From Tubiluchus corallicola (taxonomy: Eukaryota; Animalia; Priapulida): 64,000 nucleotides of DNA. The translations under genes and the position numbers were made by a program. Numbering within the stretch: position 1 is the stretch's first letter; each line of letters starts with the position of its first letter. The DNA lies in contig JAQGDQ010000021.1 of the NCBI GenBank assembly GCA_030141605.1, forward strand, positions 372,001-436,000, read 5' to 3'. The notes beneath the pieces were generated by a model. That model searched no databases, was not told the origin of the DNA, and worked only from the letters and a program-made list of their open reading frames with translations. Positions 41,101-53,100 of the stretch are shown here, one piece after another.

Positions 41101-44100
41101 GCATTCTGTCATATATTGTAGTTTAAGGTTGTGATATATTTAAGTTTATGTATTTTGAAAATAAAATCGCTAATTTCTAATTGACATTAATGTCAGTATC
41201 GCAGAGAGATGAGAGTGAAGCACCGATAATTTAAGATCACAAGGGTGCGTGAGTGTACCACTTCTGATTATGGTCAAGGTGGTAGGTGCGGACCATTGTT
41301 AGTTAATTCGCTGCTGATGTGGACATGCAAATTTTATTACATAACAACAGCCTGTAACACCAATGCTTGGAAATTTTTCAAACGTGGCTGTGAAACTCAG
41401 TATTGAAGTTTGGCTTACATTTGCTTTCTAAAGTTAAAAAAGATGAGAAACTGGAATTGGTTTTGGATAAAACATGTTGCATTGATAGCGAAGGATTTGT
41501 ATGAGTGCATTTCATTGTCTTCATCAGTTAAGTACATTCTTCTGAGAGATGCTTCAATACTGATACAGATTAGGGAAACTATTCTTGGTGTACTATAATA
41601 AAATAGTGACAAACTCAAACCGGTGCCATGTCATTGCTTGAAGGTTTGAATGTAAAAAAGCTTAGATGCACGGACAGCACGACTATTGAATCATTATCTC
41701 TTTATCATACGTTTATGTCCTAAAATACTTGGTAATTTTAATTCTAGCTTTTAAGAAGAATTATTGCTTTTTAAAGCATGAGTGTAATACTAAATCTTGA
41801 AATTTAGTGGTTTTCATGGGAAGCAAGAAATACGAAGATGAAAATTCGTTCGACGCTTTTGTGAAAAGCAACGGTGGATCTACCAACGCTTCAACAGACT
41901 GCGAAGTGGTGAGGATTTGTTGTTCTGCTAAAATTGTTGCTTGAATCAAAATCAAAATTGTTCGTGTTATGTAAAACTGGCCTAGTGTATTTCTTTTGTT
42001 TATTTGTTCAAAATTAAATACCCGGGTGGAGAATAGACATTATTTGCTTCTTTACTGACACAAAATTATGCATCTAATAAATACCTTCCCTGTTGTCTCC
42101 TTAGTCTCACTTGTCTCACTTTGGAAGCAGTAGGTCTTGGGTTTGAATTTCTGTGGAGGTGCAAAATGTTTCAGACTTTTTAATTTAACATTGCTCTCGT
42201 ACATTTATATAATTGAATGCATAACACTTTGAATGTCGTGTTATTAAAGCTTCTGCTGCAGTCTTATTGTCATCTGTTTTGTTTCAGACAGTCTTTCAGT
42301 TCGACTTGCATCATAAAGCTTTACATGAGGGGTTGGACAGGTTCGCACAATTTTTCATTAGTCCTTTGTTAAAACAAGACAGCGTCGATAGAGAAGTGTC
42401 CAGCGTTGATAGTGGTAAGTAATTTGCTCAGAAGCATTTGCAAGATATTGATAATTGTGAAATTGTGATGTTTTTTACTTACGTTGTTAACAGTCATATT
42501 TGTGTAAATTACATATCGCGTCATTCATACTACAGTTTTCTCACACTTACTGCATCTTGTACAGTGATGCTGTACATTATTTTTAGGTAAGTCTTTATTC
42601 AAATTCTTATTACAATATAATAATTATGTAAGACACACATCTGATATTTTTATTTGCAGTATCTAATTTTGCTGATTTTTGTTACTAGAATTTGACAGTA
42701 GCAAGAACAGTGATGCGTTCAGAGCGCAGCAGCTGTTAGCAAAACTAGCAGTATCGGGTCATCCGATGGGAAAGTTTATGTGGGGTAATCAAGCATCCCT
42801 AAAGGACCAGCCACTTTCTCAGGGCATTGACGTGTACAAGCAACTCCAGGAATTTCATAGGCGCTGGTATTCTGCTCATTACATGACTCTTGCTGTACAG
42901 TCTCAAGGTAATTTCTTAATAAGGGTATCTAAGAGAGTAACAATGTACATCAATTTTAATGACAGTAATGCTGACAAAACTATCTAGTGTGTGCTAGCCA
43001 GACAACTGTTGTGTTTTCTTGTTTTCATGACAATTTTTTTCAATTCTGGTTGTCCAACATCTATAACAGACATAATGGGCATTTGGCAGTGTACAGAGTT
43101 GCCACCATAGTGGCAAATTGCAGTTTTCCTTGAATTTTATTGCATTTTAGGTTTTTTACCAATATTGGAGCTTTGGAGCTTTTTGTGGAATCTTGTTAGA
43201 TCCTTATTAGATTAAAGTTCTAAGTGAGCATTCGGCTTTGTACTACAAAGGAAAATTCCCTATCCAAATTGATGCAATACAAATATTCTAAAATCTTGCA
43301 AATCTAATTGGGCGATAGTTGACATCTGTGGTTGCGACATATGGAGCCGAGAGATATTTCAAACAGTCTGTGTTATGACTTGCTGTAGACTTATAATGTT
43401 AACACAATGACTGCCATGCCTGATCCTAGTGTTTTTTCCAGATACCAAATATGAGCTTAAACATAACTGATGTAAATTCTGCAATATCACTTTGTCTCAC
43501 ATCAGTGCATATATGAGTGCATAGCCAATTTGCTAGCAAAACTTTAAAGTGTGTTGGTGGACTGCCAAGCTTTTCTGTTCACAGTTTAAAGTTATTTAAG
43601 CAACTAGATCATAATCTTAGTAACAGTATATGAAACATAACTTAGTTACTAGTATACTCAGAGTTGCCAGTCAATGTGTTAATTAATAGCATTAATTTAA
43701 ATTACATTGTATGCAGACAGTTTGGATGATTTGGAACAAATGGTTAGAGACACGTTTACTGCAATTCCAAATAAGTGAGTCTATTTTCTCAATTGTTTTG
43801 TTATTTTTGCACAAAAAAGTCATCTGGCCCATATGATAATAAACTGCTAGCATAATAGTGTTCTTTCAGCTAACTCTTTACTTATTTGCCCTTTGCTTTT
43901 ACGTCAAACACGTTTGTCTAGTTTTACATTAATTGCCCAAGCACAGGCTTGTACCCATCCAAGCTTTGTTGCAGCTAGCACTTTAAACCATTTTTTTCTG
44001 GCATTTTGTACGTTTTTATTACAATTTTGCCATTCATTGTTACCATTTCTTGCTATATTTACCTATTTGGCATTTCAGTTTTCTTTTCATGGAAAAATAT

Positions 44101-47100
44101 GTCTATTTACTCCACTAGCGGCATTGTTCCATTAAATTAACAATTATACTCAATTCTTTTTTCAGCAAACTACCAGCTCCAGATTTTTCCCAATTAAAGG
44201 TTGGTCATTACTTTTGCTTTTATTTTGTGCCATTTGAAGACTAATTGCAATCAAAAATCAATAAAGTATCCAGTCTGAATCATCCGAAATATAATCTATG
44301 GGTCCTTATTAACTGCAGCAGATACTTCTAATTAGGCGTGACCTGCTTTAATGTTTCACTGAAATCAAGCAAATTTTAAAAAAATTAAAAAAATTCACAA
44401 ATTACAGCATTCTGTTTACAGAAAGAAAATTACGCTGTAGTTTATTCTCTGATAATCACTTCAACAACAAAAAATTAATTACTTATGGTTACACTAAAAT
44501 ATTATTATATCACATATATTCAAACTACAATTGCCAACAAAAGCAGTTCGACAATTAAAGAGATAAACAGCGCAGTAAATATGGTCGGTATTGATTAGTT
44601 TATCGACAAGTGTTCTTGCCAAGCTAGAAAATCTAATCTTCCCATGGGGCAATGAAGACATTCTATTATTCTGCTCGACTAATTAATGGTGTACCTATGG
44701 CTTCCCTTCATGATGGCTTGAGGCATCTGTTCAGTGTTGCTGCAGTTGTATGCATATGATGACCAGTAATTATAATAAGCTTTCAATAGTGGATGAGCTT
44801 TGCATAATTATGACGAACTATTTGACTCAGTCTAGTTTTGTGTGTTTCCTGTGGGAAGTCACACTGTAGCACATGTTAGCTTTCGCATTTACGCCATAGA
44901 TGTTTACCACTTTGGTACATTCTTGGGTTAAACGGAGATGCACTGATGATTACTGTGTCAAAAGGTAAGTAATGATAAATAGTATTAAAGTTAGATAATT
45001 ACAATTTACTTAATTATTTATTGAAAGACTAGTGTCTACATTACAATTTAGGACGTGCAATAAGGTTCAAGATGGTTAACTCCTGAAATGCCTTTCTTGT
45101 GCTAGGCCAGTTCCTGCACTGGTATTTTAAAGGGTTCTAAGTTCTAATCTCTTCTGAGATTTTTTTGTTACTGCAACTTTTATGTCCTCCTTGAATTTTT
45201 GTCGTTAGCTGCAAAACTTACATTTGAAAGTTTTGTTTTCATTTATTTATGCAATCAGTGAAATTATTTGCTTCATCAATTATGTAAGTTATCATAAAAA
45301 AAATCATGATGGAACCTAAAGTGTTAGCAAATTTACAACTTTATTAAATATATTGCAGGTATTTAAAGAATATTGTTACCCGCCAACTGGTAGTATGCAA
45401 GAATAGTCAACTTTTGCAGCTTCAAACTTCGGTATTGCAGAAAATGTTTATGATCTCGCTATCGTATTGTGACCTATTGTTTGCCTGAGCATTAACATTT
45501 TGTCATAACATGTTGCCATCATATACAGTGCAGAAGCGGCACCAAGAAATGCTCTTAACGTTACATCAGATGCCTACAGATGATGAGATTGCCTCAGACG
45601 AATGTGATACATTGCCATACATTGTGGCTCCTGCAGATAATATTGATGAACCTGAATTAGTAGAGTGCAATGAAGACATCTTTGACAAGAAAAGGACACT
45701 AGTAGATAGGCGGCACAGTACTGATGTCACAGTTTCCAAACCGCTTGCTAGTTACTATCATAATGTACGCCGTAAGTCAGCCAGACTAAGGCATGCTCTG
45801 CCAGTTGTGCATATTAAACCTGCACCTATTTCTTCTTCACCTATGCCAAAATCAGCTACAGGTGGCTCAGATCATGATGAACTTGCCTTACCTTTTGTGT
45901 GGGATAAACCTACATTAATCATTACTTCGCCTTCACCAAAACCAGATACAAATATTGCAGATGATGGAGAAATCAAGTTACCAGTTGTGGATTGCAAACC
46001 TGTACCTATTGTAACATCATTCCTGCGAAAATCTTACCTGGATTCTGCAGATGATAACGAAGCTTTTCGAAACTCCTTAGATTTTAAAAACACTAAGCCT
46101 GAAGTTGCCACAGTTTTTGGTAGAAGGAATAGCAAAAGATCAACTGTGGAAGGAAATTTATCTGTAGCTGGAAAAGCCTGCATAATAAATGAAATCGTGC
46201 ATGTTCAGAGCAAAAGTACAGAGACATCTCATTTAAATGTGAATATCCAAGTAAGTTCTGAAAGAATAAATGAAAACTCAAAAATGGTTTTAGTAACCAA
46301 AACTGGTTTGAGGCCCTCTAACCTAACGGCCAATGTGCAGTGCAACCATGTAACAGGCAACAACGTTTGTGAAACTTCTTGTGTTTCGGAAACAGATAAA
46401 GCAGACACAATGAACAAGATTAATGACAAAAGCAAAATGCCTACAAGCAGCATCACTTATTCCAGACTTTTACCACTGAAGCAGGCGCATTCTAAAAGTT
46501 CTATACCCAAAAGATATTCTGATCAAAAAGGTAGAAGGATAGCTTCATTGACACAGCAGATGCTTCATAGCAGCAGCTGTAGAATCTGTTTAAGTTATGC
46601 AAAATGGAAATTGAGTAAATCTAGAAAATCAGAAGCTACAACAGCAATTCAGAAGCGGAACTTTTTTAGAATGTCCTTGACAAAACATAAAATGAAAGGT
46701 GATAAGGTGAGACAAAATTCTACTGCTGTTAAAGACAAGCATAATGCTGATGTTGAAACAAAAGTTCAGAAAAGCAAGTGCTATGTGAAAAAGGTGACTA
46801 GCATGAATAAGAAAAGTGATAAACACGGGAAGCATCAAATTACAAACAAACAAGCTTCTTTACATTTCAGTTCGTCTGAAAATGACAAAATTCTGAGAAA
46901 GCCTACTTCGACTATAAGTACAATTCCATCGGAGAAGGACAGCAGAAATTTATCTGTTGCTGATGAGAAAACCATTCCATGTGGAGATAGTGAAAATGCA
47001 ACTAGAAACATTTGTTCCAAAGAAAAATTACTTTTGCATAGTAAACATGATAAGGTTGGCCATGGAGGAAATTATTTCAGTTTGCATAATTGTTGCAATG

Positions 47101-50100
47101 TTAGTGACCAACTTTTGATAAATTTTCCCCGAGCCGCATCGGCTATGTTCACGGATAACCAAGAAAACCAAAAACCAAATGATGCTAGAAATCGGTCTAC
47201 TTCTGCACCACAAAGCAGTCGTATTAGTCATTTTTGCGCAAATGCTCTTACTAGTGTCCAAGATGTCAGAAATGCAAAAACTAGTCAAGACTGTAAATCA
47301 AGTAATGCTAATATAGTGAAAGAAAAACGGACTTTGTCGTCTTCTACAAAAAAAATAATACCACCTATAAACAGAGCACAAACGTTACCAAAGCCATTGC
47401 ACCGAGCTGAAACGTTCTGTGAAAAAAAGTTGGTAAGGCGTCATACTATAGATACCGTGTGTACTGCAGCTTCTTTAGAAGTCAGTCTTGATTCAATTAT
47501 GCCCAGCTCTCCAGAAGATGCAAAACCTATAATTGGGCAAGACTACAACAGTACTACTCAGGGAGGGCATGAAATTTGCAACCAACAGAAACTAGTGGAC
47601 ATGACACCACACAGAATTGCGAAATCTGTATCACTTTCTTGTTGTGAATCTGCTGTTTGGATTGCAAAAGCAGTTAATATGTCTACTTGTAGTGAAGGCA
47701 ATGAACCAGTATATAATTTAAGTCATTCTTCTTTAGAGAATCATGAAAGTGAAACAACTGAGACTACTGAAAGGAATGTGAGTGCAAGTACATCGAGTGC
47801 CACAGTCAGTAGTGAAAGCATACATCAGCACAAATCAAACAGTGTAGTTCATGAATGTAAAACAGAAAATTCAAAGGTAATAAACTTGCCCAATTGGAAT
47901 GAAATGGCTAGCTCATTTGTTTTGCCTGATGTCAATGTGGGGCCTTACCAAGAAGACAAATATCATTTGGAAAATGATAAAGCAGCTCATCATACTAAAC
48001 AAGCAAAAGTCATTCATTCTGGCTTAAAAACAGACTGTTTATTACTGTCGCATAGAGAGCTTAAGATTTGCTTTACCAGAAGCGCTTCATCGGCAAAGAG
48101 CGTAGATGATTTGCCATCTGACCGTCAAAGGAAGTTATCTGTAGGTGATAAGGCATTGTTAAGACAAAATTTGTCTTGTGATGCTGAGCCATTTTTTGGC
48201 TCGTTATCTGTGCTTATGAAACAGGACCGTCATTTAACATCTAACTTGTCTTCCATTAATCGAAGCTGCCCTAATTTAACAAAATCATCTGATACAGAAA
48301 GCTCACATGCCACAGTGCTTAAGCCTGCTGCCATAGATATTAAATTTGACACCACTTGCATTGACAAGCCCCTTGAAGGGAGGTTTATACAAACTCCTAC
48401 GGTGTGTGATGATGTGAACCAAGGTGAAACTGTCGGTACAGCCATTAAAGTGACTGTGTCTAAGCCATTTTCACCAGATTGCGAAAATGTACATGATGCT
48501 AGTGATAATCAGTCAAATTCGCAGAAAGAAAATCTACCGAATTCTGAGCCAGAATTAAGTTCTTCAACAGTCACGTCTATTGTTCCTTTAGATCAAGCAT
48601 CTAAAAGACGCTCATCAGGATTCACTTCTACTGCTCCTGTTTCAGGGCTTAATATGTTGCCTCATGAATTTTACAAACCAAAAGAGACAGTGCCTACTGA
48701 AGACACATTGAAAGTAGGTGTACAGTCTAGAAGACGGTCGTCAGTATACTCTTCTGCTACTCCTGTTTCTGGACTTATTATGTTGCCTCATGATTACTAC
48801 AGACCACTGGAGACATTGCCAATGGATGATATGTTGAATGTAGATATAGAGTCTAGAAGACGATCTTCTGCTACTCCTGTTTCTGGGCTTATACTGGCCA
48901 AGTGTGAACCTTGTAATTTACAAGAGTCTGTGCCAGAGGATTCTCCTTTGAAACTAGCACCGCTGCCTGCAGAAAAGCCAAAGGTTAAAGTCCACTATTC
49001 ATATCTGCAAGATAAAAGTTATAAACGAATAAATAAGGCCAATAAGAGGGCAGATCATCGTGGGTTTTCTAAGTTAGAAGATGAAGAGCCGATTTATGAA
49101 CAAATGCATGTACAACCAGTAGCACTTAAAAGTGAAGCAACTACAACACCTAAACAATGTAATCGCCTTAGGGATCATGATATCACTGTTGCAGTTATGA
49201 AGATGGACATTTTAACTCCTTGTTCTAGAGTTCATACTAACAATCTTGTAGATACTTGGATTCTTGCTGTTAACAAGTATATTATTAATGGCTCCATCAT
49301 GAAAATAGATTATCCTCCTTTAGAGAGTTGTGAAATATTAGATCAGTTACCATTTATATAAATGGCAATGTTTTACATACATTATAGTTTAAAATAACAT
49401 AATTCGACTTTTTAGTATACTTATTAAATTTACTTATTGTAATATGTATATTAGTGTAGTTTAGTCTGTGGATATTTATTCCTTTATTTTGTTGCAGTTT
49501 TGAAAGTATAGCTATTTGTAATCGTGTACTTCGTAATCTTTTATCCCTGAAAACTTTGCATTTGAAATAATGTGGCAGCTATGGACAATGGTCCTATTAT
49601 TGTGTACGTTACATCTTATTTTACTTTAAAATCAGTCAAGCTCTGGCTTTTTGTCCATCTGCTACTACTTTTCTTGAGTAGTTGTTCCTGAGCTGAACTA
49701 TATCTGTCCAAAGAACCAGAACAATTGTCATTTTGGCAATGCTCTTGTGGAAGAATTTCTAGCTAATATTTGATGAACTCTAAAATATATAACTGAAGTT
49801 GCTGCATTTATGTTGGATAACTGCACGATAAGTTTTTGTAGCTTGGAATACTAAATTCAATTAGTGATTGTGTTTATAGTTTATTACTGTTTTTGTACTG
49901 TAGTTTGAGCATTATAATATTTGTTGTGTGACAAATGCAGTTTTGCTGTTATTAGAAATAAAATGAACATACATTTGGCGGGTTAGCAAGTTATTTTCGT
50001 GTTTTATTTATGGCAAATTTATTTAGTTATAATAATTAGTATGCTAATTTATTTTAGCTTTTTGGAAACATTGAGCAGTCTAATCCTACTCATCATGAAA

Positions 50101-53100
50101 TCCTTGTTCAGCACACTTTCAGTGCTAGAAATGAACCTCTACCTGAGACAGTTGAAACTGTAATTGAAGAATTAAATTATAACAATTACAAAAGCATAAT
50201 ATATAATAGGACAGCTATTAATCTCAAATGTTTTTTTTATTAAATGCATTCATTAATGTTTAATACTTATTGAATGGTATCTTTTTTTGGAAATACTGTT
50301 AAGAGCATACATTAAGCTGTGAATAAATAGCACACCACAAACACTTTGCCTTGTTACATATCTGGTTAATTAAAATTTGGCACCTCACGTGTATCAAGCA
50401 GAAGCAAAGTGAAAACTAAAAACACGTTAGTTCGCATACTCTCGTCATGTGTAGAGAGACTAGAATTTGCCTGAGTTGATAAAGCTGATCATTTTTGGTG
50501 CAAATTTTTGTTTTTTATTTCTAGTTTTTAACTTATTAATTAAGAATTGGGATCGAAGCTAATAAATACTTAAATTTGATGTGCAAAGAAATTGTTCACT
50601 GTTTTTTGTTGCCTTTTTTAAATGCAATAGAGGAAATGCTTAAGAAAGTTCCTAGAAGATCTTAAAATAACAGAAAAATTATAGAGTTTTGTTTGTGGGC
50701 TCTCTTATATAGGCTTGACACAAAATACTGTTCAAATACAGAACGTTGAAGAGGCATTATTTACTTCGTATTAACTAAAATTTCTTCGACTTCCGTGGGC
50801 ACTCTGCAGGTTTTAGAAAATATGGTGTGCTAAAAATACTTGTAAAATTAGTGCTCAATTTAAAATTCCAACTTGATAATAATTATTATAATTGGATTTT
50901 TAAATTTAAAATTCCAACTGTCGCTTATAACTGTCTTGCAATTAAATTTTAATAAAAGAATAAATCAGACAAGTGTGGTTTTACTCGTGGTGTAATTACT
51001 GTAAAGACAACTATACTATTTAAATGTGCAACCTTGCATCTTGAGGGAAGTAGCTCTTGTCACAGACGTGTGCCATGTGTGCGTGCAGTTTACATCTGTA
51101 ACTTAACATCTTAAAGAATGTAGCCCTTGTCACACAGATTGCACATAAGTGCACTAATTACACTTGCATGTTATCATAGTTGAACAATGCAGCATTTACC
51201 TCTATCTGAAAGTTGGCTGGTGCATTGTAATTTGGTGTTTTATCCTGCAGTTATAATAGACAAAGACTTTGTTTCAAGTGATGTCACAATAATGTTGTAG
51301 GGTCTTTGGTTAAGCACATTCCATTTATTTGTTGTTTCAGCAACCTTTTGACACAGATGAATTTAAGAAGATATTTAAAGGTAATTTATCCTACGTATTA
51401 CTTGAGATTTTTTGTTTTGACCTCACAAGATTGAGCAATATATTTTATATTTGTTTTATAATTTGCAAATGGAACACTGAATTTTGCAGCTTTATGTATC
51501 AATTCTTTTTATTTAGTGATGCCAGTGAAGAAGAAGTATGAGGTAAAAATCACCTGGGATTTACCTCCTCAGCATCACAATTACAGGTAGTATTTTAAGG
51601 CTAGTATTCTGATTATTTATGGAATACATGTCATGTAAGTTATTCCAAGCTGTACAGCTGGAAACCTGTTAACAGAAGAGAATACGAATCATGTGTGATA
51701 TTGCACTACAACTAGGTAGAAGTAGAAATTTTATTTATTTCTGATGTATTTCAAAGATAAGATCAACCGAAAGCTATTTTCCGACAAAGAAAAAGAAATA
51801 AAAAATTCTACAAAGCATATAAAGACATGAGCAGAGTACTAGATTGTCAAGAACACATACTATATGTAGCTGCCATGTGTTGGCAGTAGCACACATTTTG
51901 ATAGAAATGGTAAAATCCCAGGTTCGTATTGTGTTTAGTATGGGTATGTAAGAGATTCATGACAAGTTGGCTCAATCACAAATGGTTTAGATGACATTTA
52001 ATAGGATAATTATAAATGTAAAATGTTTCAACACGAGAGTTTACAAGCAGATTGAATGATGAAGAATCTTTATATTGGTTAACAGAGTAGTTACAGTGTT
52101 GACAATTTTAGAATTTTTATATAATATAGTTGCGATATTATGAAGCATAAGATTGTAATTTTGTAGGTAACTCAGCTAGTTGAATGGCAAGTATACGACA
52201 TGTTGTGCAACACTGACATTCACAGGAGGCGTTTTTCAAATATTTTTTAACAGAACCTTTAAATTTGTTTAAATCATTACATGCTCTACTTTCTTCAGGT
52301 GACTTATTCCGCAGTTTAACACCTTGATAAGATAAAGAATGATAACTAAATTTGACTGTTGAAAATCTGGGAAGTTTTTGAGTATGTACTGAGCTCGGGT
52401 TATAGTGTTGAGCATATACAATATTATGCCAATTCTATTTTTGAAGTTTAATTATTATTTGTTTAAAAGTCGAAAGAAGTCGAGAAAAATCAGAAAAAAA
52501 TGTTTACAGCTTACAGTGTAAAACAGAAAACATTTGTAGTAACCAGGCTATATGGAAAATGCTTGCAGCAATCAGGATAAACAGCAAACACTTGCAGTAT
52601 GTGATCAGTTGCAATGGAGTAACGACTTTTCTATTTTACAGATCAAAACCACTCCATTACCTGTCATGGATAATTGGGCATGAAGGCAATGGCAGTCTTC
52701 TAGCTTACTTGAAAAGCAAGTATGTAATTGACTATGTCTGTTTTAGAAGCAGTCCTCCTCTATTAGCACATACAATCTTCTAAGACTAAATGCAAAGATC
52801 TCTTGGTACATATGCAAAAATCAAGAGAAAAATTGCCATTATACCAGATTTTATGACTTATTCAGCCTACCTGCATTAACTAGAAATTAGTTTTTCATTG
52901 AATTTTTTACAATCAGTAAAATTTGTTACTAATGTTTTCATCAGCAAATATGTAACGAGTAAGTGAATAAGACAGTAAATAGTGATGTGTGACTGAGTGA
53001 CTGAGTGAAATGAATGAGGGATGATTGAGTAGATAAGTGTGCAATAAATGAGTAAGAAAGTGATTGGGTGAGTGATGGGTGAATTAATGATGCATGAATG

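Noticed and set aside
46093-48445. Several minus-strand ORFs of 60-90 aa within the nested ORF
   Set aside because: Antisense shadows of the 1283-aa frame.
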